The translations under genes were made by a program, and so were the position numbers. From the NCBI GenBank assembly GCA_903901225.1, contig CAIUQE010000031.1, positions 28,676 through 92,675 of the forward strand: a stretch of DNA of 64,000 bases. Reading direction: 5' to 3'. Origin of the DNA: Candidatus Omnitrophota bacterium. GTDB lineage: Bacteria; Omnitrophota; Gorgyraeia; Zapsychrales; Fredricksoniimonadaceae. Position 1 is the stretch's first letter; each line of letters starts with the position of its first letter. The notes under the pieces are model-generated. The model was not told the origin of the DNA, did no database searches, and saw nothing but the letters and a program-made list of their open reading frames with translations. This document shows positions 19,080 to 30,812 of this stretch, piece after piece.

Positions 19080-20170
19080 GGGATATTCGCGGGATATTTT
19101 TTGCGTCGTATGTGATGCTGGTATGCCTTGGCGCGGTGATGATCTACAGTTCCAGCGGCGTTTATGCCCTGGAGGTCATGGGCAACAGCGCGTATTTTCT
19201 CATCCGTCATTTGATGTTCCTGGTGATCGGGGCTGTCATGATGTGGTGGGTCATGGCCATCGATTACCGTGACATCCAGAAATACGCCAAGTGGTGCCTT
19301 ACGGCCGCGTTCATCATGCTGGTCCTGGTGCTGGTCCCGCACATCGGCAAGATATCTTCCGGGGCGAGGCGGTGGTTCAGCGTTGGCCCGATCAATTTCC
19401 AGCCGTCGGAATACGCGAAGATCGCCATGATCATTTATTGCGCGGATTTCTTCGCGCGCAAACGGGCATTGATCCGTTCGGTCAATCTGGGGTTTATGCC
19501 CGTGGCGCTGGTGATGGGCGCGATGTGCCTGCTCATCGTCAAACAGCCGGATCTGGGCAATACCGTCCTGGTGGCGGTGATCACCATGTCCATGTACTTT
19601 GTGGCCGGAGGGCACAAGGTCCTTTTCGGCCTCATTGCGGCGATAGCGGTCCCTGTCCTGACGCTTTTGATCATCGCGGCGCCCTACCGCATGCGCCGCA
19701 TCGTTTCGTTCATGAACCCGTGGGATGATGCCAGGGGTGCCGGGTTCCAGCTGTCGCAGTCGCAGATCGCTTTTGCTTCCGGAGGCTTCTGGGGGGTGGG
19801 GCTGGGCAAGAGCGTCCAAAAGCTGTTTTACCTTCCGGCCGCGCACACGGATTTCATTTTTTCCATCATCGGCGAGGAGCTTGGGTTCCTCGGCGCGCTC
19901 GCTGTCGTTTTTCTTTTCGGTGTTTTTATCTGGCAGGGCACGCGCATCATCCGCAATACGGCCGACCCTTTCGGGTATTTCCTGGCGGCGGGGATCATGG
20001 TGATGCTCAGCATCCAGGTCGTGGTCAATATCGGGGTCAGCATTGGCGCTCTTCCGACGAAGGGGTTGCCCCTGCCTTTCATCAGCTACGGCGGGTCGGC
20101 ACTTATTTTCAACATGATGGCCGTTGGGCTTTTACTTAATATTTCCAGAACCCAGGATATCGGCGGTTAG
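19076..20170 (+). CDS. ftsW: SEDS peptidoglycan glycosyltransferase FtsW
   Basis: GARRW, FQPSEYAK, QPDLG, AHTDFIF, LPFISYGGS. Confidence 0.95.
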   Translation: MRDIRGIFFASYVMLVCLGAVMIYSSSGVYALEVMGNSAYFLIRHLMFLVIGAVMMWWVMAIDYRDIQKYAKWCLTAAFIMLVLVLVPHIGKISSGARRWFSVGPINFQPSEYAKIAMIIYCADFFARKRALIRSVNLGFMPVALVMGAMCLLIVKQPDLGNTVLVAVITMSMYFVAGGHKVLFGLIAAIAVPVLTLLIIAAPYRMRRIVSFMNPWDDARGAGFQLSQSQIAFASGGFWGVGLGKSVQKLFYLPAAHTDFIFSIIGEELGFLGALAVVFLFGVFIWQGTRIIRNTADPFGYFLAAGIMVMLSIQVVVNIGVSIGALPTKGLPLPFISYGGSALIFNMMAVGLLLNISRTQDIGG

Positions 20171-20172
20171 GC

Positions 20173-21252
20173 ATGCGCAAGGTATTGATCGCCACAGGCG
20201 GGACGGGAGGGCATATTTATCCCGGGCTGGTCACGGCCCAGGAGCTTCACCGCCGGGGATGTTCCGTCACGTTCATCGGTTTTTTCGGGCACGCGCAAAA
20301 AAAGATTACTGACGCGGGGTTCCCGTGCGTCACTATCGCGGTGAAAGGGTTCGTGGCCAAGGGGTGGCGTGAGAAGGCGGCGGCGCTTGTGGCGATGGTC
20401 AGGGCGTTCGTGGCCTGCCTGGGGATCATCCGGCGAGAGCGTCCGTCCGTGGTCCTTGGTTTTGGAGGGTACAGTTCTTTTCCGGTCATTATGGCCAGTG
20501 TTTGTTCGGGCATCCCCGTGGTGCTTCACGAACAGAACGCGGTGCCGGGGCTGGCCAATAAGGTTCTGGCGTTTTTCGCCCGCCGGGTGGCCGTCGGGTT
20601 CAGGGATACGGTCCGTTCTTTTTCGCAAGGCAAGGCTGTCTGGACCGGGAATCCCCTGCGGCTTTTTGACGCGTTACCGATCCGTGAAAAGGCGCGCGAA
20701 GAGCTTGGTCTTGACCCGCGGACCCTGACCGTCCTTGTTTTCGGAGGAAGCCAGGGGAGCCGCGCGCTGAACACGTGCGTTGTCGATGTTTTCTGTGCGA
20801 TCCCTTCCGGGATGAAAGTTCAGGTGATCCACATGACGGGTAAGGATGATCCCGTTGCGGTGAAGGCCCGTTACGACGCGCAGGGCGTGTCGGCGATGGT
20901 AGACGGGTATATGGAAAATATGGCGCTCGCGTATGCCGCGGCCAACGTCGTGGTGGGGCGTGCCGGCGCGGGAACGGTGACCGAGCTCGGGCTTTTGGGC
21001 ATTCCTTCTGTCCTGATCCCGTATCCAGGTGCCAATGATCATCAAAAGTACAACGCGCGGGTCTTGGAACGGCTGGGGATGGCGTCAATAATTGAGGAAA
21101 AGTTGTTGCGGCAGGATATCCTTCGCGATAAGATTTTTTCGGCGTTACAACGGGCGGCGGCTCCTTCGGGAGCGTCGCCATTGAAAAGTGAATTTATTCC
21201 GGATGGCGCGCAACGTCTTTGTGACGAGCTGTTAAGGGGGGTCGATGCGTAG
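20173..21252 (+). CDS. murG: lipid II GlcNAc transferase
   Basis: GGTGGHIYP, HEQN..PG.AN, GGSQG, RAGAGT. Confidence 0.96.
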   Translation: MRKVLIATGGTGGHIYPGLVTAQELHRRGCSVTFIGFFGHAQKKITDAGFPCVTIAVKGFVAKGWREKAAALVAMVRAFVACLGIIRRERPSVVLGFGGYSSFPVIMASVCSGIPVVLHEQNAVPGLANKVLAFFARRVAVGFRDTVRSFSQGKAVWTGNPLRLFDALPIREKAREELGLDPRTLTVLVFGGSQGSRALNTCVVDVFCAIPSGMKVQVIHMTGKDDPVAVKARYDAQGVSAMVDGYMENMALAYAAANVVVGRAGAGTVTELGLLGIPSVLIPYPGANDHQKYNARVLERLGMASIIEEKLLRQDILRDKIFSALQRAAAPSGASPLKSEFIPDGAQRLCDELLRGVDA

Positions 21253-22024
21253 GGGCTTCGCGTGCGTGTGCTTTTTGCTGTCGGCCGGCATGGCGTGTGC
21301 CGAGCCTGCCGCCTGGCAGGAGCAGAAGAGCGAGCATTTTATTGTCGCGTACCAGAACGTGCCGGACAGCTTTGCCCAGCAGGTGGTTGATTCGGCCGAG
21401 GAATATTACCAGGACACCATGACGACGCTGGGGTTCACGCGTTACAAAGGATGGGCCTGGGACCGGCGGGTCAAGATCCGCGTTTATGATTCGCGCCGCA
21501 CGTATACCGGGTCCTCCCATTACGCGTGGTCCGCCGGGCAGGTGGATCCGTCCGCCAGGGAGATAGCAACGTTCCCGTCACAGAACGGTTTTTTTGATGC
21601 CACCCTGCCGCATGAGCTGGGGCACATTATTTTCCATGAGGCCGTGGGTTTCGGCGACAATATCCCGTTGTGGCTTGATGAGGGTGTCGCCATGTACCAG
21701 GAGAAAGCCAGGCGCCTGGGCGCGGATGATGATGTGCGCGCGATGATCGCGAACGGGACCTTTATCCCGCTGGCCGAGCTTGACCGCAACGGCCTTGGCG
21801 CGGGGACGGACCAGGCCCTTGTGCAGGCGTTCTACACCGAAGCCGCGAGTCTCGTCGGGTTCATGATCAACAAGTACGAGACGTACCGCTTTGAGCGCCT
21901 TTGCCGTGAACTGAAAGTGGGCACGCCTTTCGCGTGGGCCCTGAAAAAAGCGTATATGGAGTTTGATGATCTTGAGGCACTCGAAAAGGCATGGAAAGGC
22001 TACCTGAATGAAACAGCGGGCTAA
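21245..22024 (+). CDS. exported gluzincin (peptidase MA-like) metallopeptidase
   Basis: Signal peptide (ACA-EP), HELGH followed by PLWLDEGVA. Confidence 0.8.
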   Translation: MRRGFACVCFLLSAGMACAEPAAWQEQKSEHFIVAYQNVPDSFAQQVVDSAEEYYQDTMTTLGFTRYKGWAWDRRVKIRVYDSRRTYTGSSHYAWSAGQVDPSAREIATFPSQNGFFDATLPHELGHIIFHEAVGFGDNIPLWLDEGVAMYQEKARRLGADDDVRAMIANGTFIPLAELDRNGLGAGTDQALVQAFYTEAASLVGFMINKYETYRFERLCRELKVGTPFAWALKKAYMEFDDLEALEKAWKGYLNETAG

Positions 22025-24362
22025 GACAAAGAGTGAGGTGCGGCGTTATCATTTCATCGGCGTCGGCGGGATGGGCATGGGCAACCTTGCTTTGCTCATG
22101 CTGGCCAAGGGGTTCGAGGTGAGCGGTTCCGACGAAAAAGAGAGTGAGCTGACGCGCCGCCTGCGCGACAATGGTGCCAGCATCTTCATCGGCCATGACA
22201 TCCGCAATATGGCGGGGGCGGATCGCGTTGTTTATTCTTCGGCCATCAAGGAGTCGAATCCCGAGATGTTCGAGGCGTTCAGCCGGCATATTCCTGTCCT
22301 GCGGCGTGCTGAACTCCTGGCCCAGCTGCTGAACAAGGAAGTGGGCATCACGGTCGCGGGCGCGCACGGGAAGACCACCACCTCGTCCATGGCGGCCTAT
22401 CTGCTCATCAACGCGGGGCTCAAGCCGACCACCGCGGTGGGAGGCATCGTCAACCAGGGTGATTATAACGCCAATCTCGGCATCGGGCGCCATATGGTCG
22501 CCGAAGTTGATGAAAGCGATGGTTCGTTCCTGTATTTTTCGCCGCATTTTTCCATCATCACCAATATGGACCGCGAGCACCTGGATCATTACGGCACATG
22601 GGAGAAGGTGCAGGAAGCTTTTGTGAAATTCGTGGGCCGCACCGTTCCTGACGGCATGCTGATCGTCTGTGGCGACGACAGGACCCTTAAAATGGTCGTT
22701 GAAGCCAGCGGGCGGCGTTTTACGACCTACGGGTTCGGCAGTGAGAATGACTGGGTTGCCAGGAATATCCAACTCGACGCGATGGGATCTTCGTATGATT
22801 GCTTTCACAAAGGCAAGCTTGTGGGGCGTTTTTCACTTACTATCCCCGGCAAGCATAATGTCCTGAATTCCGTGGCGATCGTGGCGCTCGGCCATGCGTT
22901 GAAGATCGATCTTGCCGTGATCCAGGAAACTCTCAGGACGTTCCAGGGGGTCAAGCGCCGTTTCGAGCGCAAAGGTGAGGTCGGCGGGGTGCTTGTGGTC
23001 GATGACTATGGCCATCATCCTACCGAGATCGCGGCCACGCTTCAGACCGCAAAAACACTTGACCGCAAACGGCTGATCGTTGTTTTTCAGCCGCACCGTT
23101 TTACACGGACCAGGGATCTGATGAATGATTTCGCGATAAGTTTTAACCTTGTCGACCAGCTGGTCCTTATGGATATTTACCCCGCCAGTGAAAAGCCGAT
23201 CGAAGGGGTCAGCGCCGAAGTCCTGATGGAAAAAATGCGTGAAAAGCGGCCGCAAGAGATCCTGCATCTTGCTAAAGGCGACGTGGTCGGGCATCTCATG
23301 GAGATCGTCAGGCCCGGCGATATCGTCCTGACGCTGGGTGCGGGTGATGTGACACATCTTTCCGATGATCTTGTCCGGTGCTTGCGACAGCGTCAGGGCG
23401 CGGGCCGCGACCGCGGGGTTATCGGCGTGATCATGGGCGGCTGTTCTTCCGAGCGCGAGGTGTCGTTGCGTTCAGGGGCCGCGGTCATTAAGGCGCTTGA
23501 AGAAGCGGGATGCCGGGCCAAAGGCCTGGACCTCCAGAGTGAAGATCCGGTCACGGTCAGGGAGTGGTTGAAAGAACAGAAGATCGATGCCGCGTTCATC
23601 GCCCTGCACGGTCGTTTCGGCGAAGATGGCGGTATCCAGAAATTGCTTGATGAACTGGACATCCCTTATAACGGATGCGGGCCGGCGGCCAGCGCCGCGG
23701 CGTTCAATAAATGCGTCGCCCAGAAGCTGTTCGAGGCCGCTCACGTCCTGACGCCGGTGACGGTCATCCCCGGCGGGGCGCAGGAACTCGATCTTCATGA
23801 TGTGGTCCTGAACCTCGGCGGGTTCCCCGTCGTGGTCAAGCCCGCCTGTGAGGGGTCGAGCATCGGGGTCAGCCTTGCCGCGGACCACGCTTCATTCAAG
23901 GCCGCGATGGACAAGGCTTACGGGTATGGCCGGGATATCCTGATCCAGCAGTACATCAGGGGGCGCGAACTTACGGTCGGCGTCCTTGGTGATAAAACTT
24001 TGCCTGTCGTCGAAGTGTGCGCCGGCGCGGAAAATCCCGTTTTTGATTTTCAGGCCAAGTATCAGAGCGACACGACCCGTTACATCGTTCCGGCGCAGCT
24101 TCCGCCGGAAACCGCCGGCCGCGTCCAGGCCGAAGCGCTCAAGGCGTATCACGCTCTGGGGTGCGAGGGATACGGGCGCGTGGACGTGCTGCTCAAGGAT
24201 GACGGCGAATTGTTCGTCCTTGAGGTCAATACCATCCCCGGGTTCACGTCGAAGAGCCTTTTTCCCAAGGCGGCCCGGGAGTCGGGGATAGATTTTAGCC
24301 AACTTTGTTTAACACTTCTTGATATGGCGTATGGCAAAAAAAAGACAAAACATCTCGCCTGA
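22008..24362 (+). CDS. murC-ddl: bifunctional MurC--D-Ala-D-Ala ligase fusion
   Basis: N-terminal GVGGMGM, GAHGKTTT, DDYGHHPTEI; C-terminal GG.SSEREVSLRSG, LHGRFGEDG, EGSSIG, EVNTIPG in one 784-aa frame. Confidence 0.93.
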   Translation: MKQRAKTKSEVRRYHFIGVGGMGMGNLALLMLAKGFEVSGSDEKESELTRRLRDNGASIFIGHDIRNMAGADRVVYSSAIKESNPEMFEAFSRHIPVLRRAELLAQLLNKEVGITVAGAHGKTTTSSMAAYLLINAGLKPTTAVGGIVNQGDYNANLGIGRHMVAEVDESDGSFLYFSPHFSIITNMDREHLDHYGTWEKVQEAFVKFVGRTVPDGMLIVCGDDRTLKMVVEASGRRFTTYGFGSENDWVARNIQLDAMGSSYDCFHKGKLVGRFSLTIPGKHNVLNSVAIVALGHALKIDLAVIQETLRTFQGVKRRFERKGEVGGVLVVDDYGHHPTEIAATLQTAKTLDRKRLIVVFQPHRFTRTRDLMNDFAISFNLVDQLVLMDIYPASEKPIEGVSAEVLMEKMREKRPQEILHLAKGDVVGHLMEIVRPGDIVLTLGAGDVTHLSDDLVRCLRQRQGAGRDRGVIGVIMGGCSSEREVSLRSGAAVIKALEEAGCRAKGLDLQSEDPVTVREWLKEQKIDAAFIALHGRFGEDGGIQKLLDELDIPYNGCGPAASAAAFNKCVAQKLFEAAHVLTPVTVIPGGAQELDLHDVVLNLGGFPVVVKPACEGSSIGVSLAADHASFKAAMDKAYGYGRDILIQQYIRGRELTVGVLGDKTLPVVEVCAGAENPVFDFQAKYQSDTTRYIVPAQLPPETAGRVQAEALKAYHALGCEGYGRVDVLLKDDGELFVLEVNTIPGFTSKSLFPKAARESGIDFSQLCLTLLDMAYGKKKTKHLA

Positions 24363-25101
24363 TCCCGTTCTGGTCCGTACGATCGGGTTCGCGTGCATCT
24401 TTATTTTTACGATCGCCCTGGCGGCCATGGCCGTGACCTCGTTCTTGCGCGCGTCGCCATTCTTTACCGTCAAGGAGGTCGCGCTCGCTGATAATATCCA
24501 TGCGCTGGACCTTTCCGAATTCCTGAAGTTCAGGGGGCAGAATATTTTCAGCGTTGATCTTGCCCGCATGGAGGCAAAGATCCGGGCGAAGTATCCCCAG
24601 TTGGCCGAGTTGTGCGTGATGCGCCGGTTGCCGGATCAGATATTTGTCACGGCCCTCAAGCGCGAACCTTTTGCTTTCGCGTCATTGGACGGGAAGGCTT
24701 GCGTGATCGACCGTGATGGATTCATCATTGGCCCGTCCCAGCCGGGGCAGGCCCTGTTGCCTTTGGTCAAAGGGTTGAAACATCAGAAGATCCTTTCCGG
24801 TGACCGGGTGCAGGATGAGCGTGTGAGGGTGGCTTGCCAGCTCATTGCCCTGGTCCAGCAGGACGCGCGCCTTGTCACGGCGGGCCTGCAGGCCGTTAAC
24901 GTGGAGGATCTGGAGCGGGTCGTGTGCGCGTTCACGGAGGGGGATGGTTTTGATGTTATAGTGGACAAGACCAATATTCCGGCGCGCGTGAAGATGCTTT
25001 CGGACGTGTTATCAAGGGGTGGATTGGATCTGTCCCGGATAAAATACATGGATCTTCGTTTTGGCGAACCTGTCATCGGACAGAAAAAGGCAAAGAAATG
25101 A
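24331..25101 (+). CDS. ftsQ: cell division protein FtsQ/DivIB
   Basis: TM plus POTRA-like region, YMDLRF C-terminus, position before ftsA. Confidence 0.85.
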   Translation: MAKKRQNISPDPVLVRTIGFACIFIFTIALAAMAVTSFLRASPFFTVKEVALADNIHALDLSEFLKFRGQNIFSVDLARMEAKIRAKYPQLAELCVMRRLPDQIFVTALKREPFAFASLDGKACVIDRDGFIIGPSQPGQALLPLVKGLKHQKILSGDRVQDERVRVACQLIALVQQDARLVTAGLQAVNVEDLERVVCAFTEGDGFDVIVDKTNIPARVKMLSDVLSRGGLDLSRIKYMDLRFGEPVIGQKKAKK

Positions 25102-26348
25102 AAGGTTTTCAGAGGTTCATCCGTCAGTTCCGCGGGGATCAATTTTACTGTGGTCTGGACATCGGCTCCCACAAGGTGAAGGCGAGCTTGAACAGGGTCG
25201 TTGACGCCCAGACCCTTGAGCTGCTGGCTGTGAACGAGGCCGAGACCCGCGGCCTTGCCGCGGCGTCGATCAATGATATCAGCGAATTCTCTTCGTCAGT
25301 CAGCGCCGCGGTCGGCGGTGTCATTCGCAAGACAAAAGTCAAGGTGCGCGACGTGCATCTGGGGCTCGGGGGCGAGTTCATCGAGACCCGGCCGGGCCGC
25401 GCGTTGCTGCCTCTGGTCGAGCGCGGGAACAAGATCGTGACACCGCGCGACCTGGACCTTGCCCGCCGGCAGGCCAGGATGCTGGGGGTGCGCCTTGACG
25501 AGGAGGTCATCTGCGACCTTGTCCAGCAGTTCAAGGTGGATGATGTGAACATCGCGTTCAATCCCGTGGGGCTTTACGGCCGCAAGCTTGAGGTGGAAAC
25601 GCTCCTGGTCCTGGCCGGTATCACGCGCCTGCGCAATCTTACCAAGGCCGTGCAGCAGGCCGGCTTCGAGGTGAATGACGTTCATTTCAACGGCTGGACC
25701 GCGACGGAACTCATGCTTGACAAGCGCCAACGCCATGACGGGTGCGTGTTTGTTGACCTCGGCGCGCGGACCACCATGATCCTGGTTTTCAAGGAAGGAC
25801 TTTTAAAACATTTCCGCAAGGTGCCTGTCGGGGGTGAATGCTTGACCCAGCACATCGCGGCGCGCCTCAATATCCCTTTCCCTTTGGCGGAAGATATCAA
25901 GAGATCTTACGGCCGCGCTTTTGACGGTGTGTCGGGCGAAAATACGGAAGAGATACTGATCAAGAAGGACCAGGGTTTTGTCCCACTCAAACGCCAGGAA
26001 TTGATCATGGCGGTGGAAGAGGACATCCGGGCGATCACGGACAATATCAGTGCGGCGGCCGTTGCTTCGGGCCATGAAGCGCAGTTGAAAGCCGGTGTTG
26101 TCGTGGTCGGCGGGGGCGCCTTGCTGTCAGGCCTGATGGAACGCATCGAGCACGACACGCGCATGCCCGTGGCGCTGGGGCGCAATATCTCGGGCTTGAA
26201 CACGGCGGCGATCTATTGCGTGTCAACGAGCCTCGCGGAGATGGGTTATAAGGGCACGTTCCGTTATAAGATCGATTCCCAGAAACCCTCGGACTGGTTG
26301 TCCGCGCTCCGGGCCAAGGCCCAGGAACTCAGCAACGAATATTTTTGA
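25098..26348 (+). CDS. ftsA: cell division protein FtsA (divergent)
   Basis: GLDIGSHK, NPVGLYG..LE, VDLGA.TT, AEDIKR.YG, GGGALL.G. Confidence 0.88.
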   Translation: MKGFQRFIRQFRGDQFYCGLDIGSHKVKASLNRVVDAQTLELLAVNEAETRGLAAASINDISEFSSSVSAAVGGVIRKTKVKVRDVHLGLGGEFIETRPGRALLPLVERGNKIVTPRDLDLARRQARMLGVRLDEEVICDLVQQFKVDDVNIAFNPVGLYGRKLEVETLLVLAGITRLRNLTKAVQQAGFEVNDVHFNGWTATELMLDKRQRHDGCVFVDLGARTTMILVFKEGLLKHFRKVPVGGECLTQHIAARLNIPFPLAEDIKRSYGRAFDGVSGENTEEILIKKDQGFVPLKRQELIMAVEEDIRAITDNISAAAVASGHEAQLKAGVVVVGGGALLSGLMERIEHDTRMPVALGRNISGLNTAAIYCVSTSLAEMGYKGTFRYKIDSQKPSDWLSALRAKAQELSNEYF

Positions 26349-26365
26349 TCCTTCACGGAGAGCCT

Positions 26366-26749
26366 ATGGCCAAGAAGATACTGATCGTTGATGATGACCG
26401 GGTGGGCGAGACATTGATCCGCCTGGCGTTGCAGCAGCAGGGATTCGAGGTTGTTTCCGCCGCGGACGGCCTGCAGGCGCTGGCGGAAGTCCGCCGGTCA
26501 AGGCCGGATCTTATTGTCCTTGATGTGCAGATGCCCAATATGTCGGGGTTTGAATTTATGGACGAGCTCAAGACGACGCCCGGCGGTGGCACGATCGCGG
26601 TCATCATGCTCACGGCCAACGACAATATGCAGGAGATGTTCCTTGCTGAAGGCGTGAAGGGGTATTTTGTAAAGCCGGTCGATCCGCGCAAGCTCGGCGA
26701 TAAGATCCGCGCGGTCCTTGGCGCGCAGGCCTTTCATGCACCTGCGTGA
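26366..26749 (+). CDS. single-domain response regulator (CheY-like receiver)
   Basis: ILIVDDD, PDLIVLDVQMP, MLTA, VKP. Confidence 0.92.
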   Translation: MAKKILIVDDDRVGETLIRLALQQQGFEVVSAADGLQALAEVRRSRPDLIVLDVQMPNMSGFEFMDELKTTPGGGTIAVIMLTANDNMQEMFLAEGVKGYFVKPVDPRKLGDKIRAVLGAQAFHAPA

Positions 26750-27740
26750 TTTCGATTATGACCTTCCCGTTGAGCGCATCGCGCAATATCCTTCATCTTC
26801 CCGCGATGAAGCCCGTTTGCTGGTGGTCGACCGCCAAACCCGCGGGATCACGCATGACATTTTTCGGAATATAGGCCGTTATCTTCCTTCGTCCAGCCTT
26901 CTGGTCATCAACGACAGCCGGGTGATCCCCGCGCGCCTGTTGGGGACAAAACTTCGTTCGGGCGGTCAGGTGGAGGTTTTCCTTTTGAAAAGAACAGGGG
27001 CACGGTCCTTTGAGGCCATGCTGAGGCCTTTCAAGAAGATCAGGGAGAACGAGACCCTGGTTTTTCCGGGCGGCGTGAACGCGATGCTGACCGACCGTGA
27101 GAGGCGCGTCGTTGAATTTGACCGGGATGACGTGCTCGGCTATCTCGCGAAGCACGGGCATATCCCCCTTCCGCCGTATATCAGGCGGCCCGATGCCCCT
27201 TCGGACAGGATCGATTACCAGACAGTTTATGCCAGGGTGCCGGGGTCGGTGGCGGCGCCTACGGCCGGACTGCATTTCACCGAAGGGCTTATGGCGTCGC
27301 TCCAGTCCGCGGGGCATGTTTTTGCCGGCGTAACGCTCCATGTCAATTACGGCACGTTCAAGCCCGTCGAGGTTGAAGATGTCGTGTCCCACCGCATGCA
27401 TCTGGAACACTACGAGATCCCCGCTGCCTCACGCGATGCGTTGTCCACGGTCCGGGGACGGGGAGGCAAGGTCGTTGCCGTCGGGACAACAAGTTGCCGC
27501 ACCCTTGAGGCCTTTGCCCGGACAGGACGCCCTGAGGACGACACGGACATTTTTCTTTATCCCGGGGCCGTGTTCAGGATGACGGATGTCCTTGTCACGA
27601 ACTTCCATCTTCCCCGCAGTACCCTGCTGATGCTTGTCAGCGCTTTCGGCGGGCCGGAACTTATACGCCAGGCGTATCATGAGGCCATTCTGGAAAAGTA
27701 TAGATTTTACAGTTACGGGGATGCTATGATTGTGACCTGA
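26736..27740 (+). CDS. queA: S-adenosylmethionine:tRNA ribosyltransferase-isomerase
   Basis: DFDYDLP..RIAQ, PLPPYI, AAPTAGLHF, TNFHLP, YRFYSYGDAM. Confidence 0.96.
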   Translation: MHLRDFDYDLPVERIAQYPSSSRDEARLLVVDRQTRGITHDIFRNIGRYLPSSSLLVINDSRVIPARLLGTKLRSGGQVEVFLLKRTGARSFEAMLRPFKKIRENETLVFPGGVNAMLTDRERRVVEFDRDDVLGYLAKHGHIPLPPYIRRPDAPSDRIDYQTVYARVPGSVAAPTAGLHFTEGLMASLQSAGHVFAGVTLHVNYGTFKPVEVEDVVSHRMHLEHYEIPAASRDALSTVRGRGGKVVAVGTTSCRTLEAFARTGRPEDDTDIFLYPGAVFRMTDVLVTNFHLPRSTLLMLVSAFGGPELIRQAYHEAILEKYRFYSYGDAMIVT

Positions 27741-27787
27741 ACGCGCGGTCATTTTTCGGCAAGATATTTTCAGAGAGGGGGGCGCTT

Positions 27788-28237
27788 ATGTTCTACTTTG
27801 CTTACGGGTCGAACATGGACCATCATCAGATGATGGTGGAACGTTGTCCGGGAGCAAAATTCATCGGGCCGGCCATCCTCGACGAGTATTGCATTTTCTT
27901 TGACGGTTTTTCGGCCTCATGGGGCGGGGCTGTGGCCAATATTGACAAAGCTGACGAAGATGAGGTCTGGGGCGGGGTGTTTGAGATCACCGAGGATCAC
28001 CTGACGGACCTTGACCGGTATGAGGGGTATCCGCGGTATTATTCCCGCCGGCAGGTCGCGGTGAAGATGGAAGATCACAGCATGTTGCAGGCATGGGTTT
28101 ATTACCGTGAACCGCATCCCACGGGACGCCCTTCCGGCAAATATATCCACGCGGTCATTAAAGGCGCGCGGGAGTGCCGTTTGCCTGAAGATTATATTGC
28201 CGGAGAGTTCGATCACTATGTCCAGGGGAAGGGATAA
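27788..28237 (+). CDS. gamma-glutamylcyclotransferase (AIG2-like) family protein
   Basis: YFAYGSNM, LDRYEG.P.YY, PS..Y...I.KGA. Confidence 0.88.
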   Translation: MFYFAYGSNMDHHQMMVERCPGAKFIGPAILDEYCIFFDGFSASWGGAVANIDKADEDEVWGGVFEITEDHLTDLDRYEGYPRYYSRRQVAVKMEDHSMLQAWVYYREPHPTGRPSGKYIHAVIKGARECRLPEDYIAGEFDHYVQGKG

Positions 28238-28241
28238 GGTA

Positions 28242-30769
<2,528 letters not shown>

Positions 30770-30812
30770 AATATTGTCAAGGACGGGAACCAGATCAAGG
30801 AGTTGAAACATT

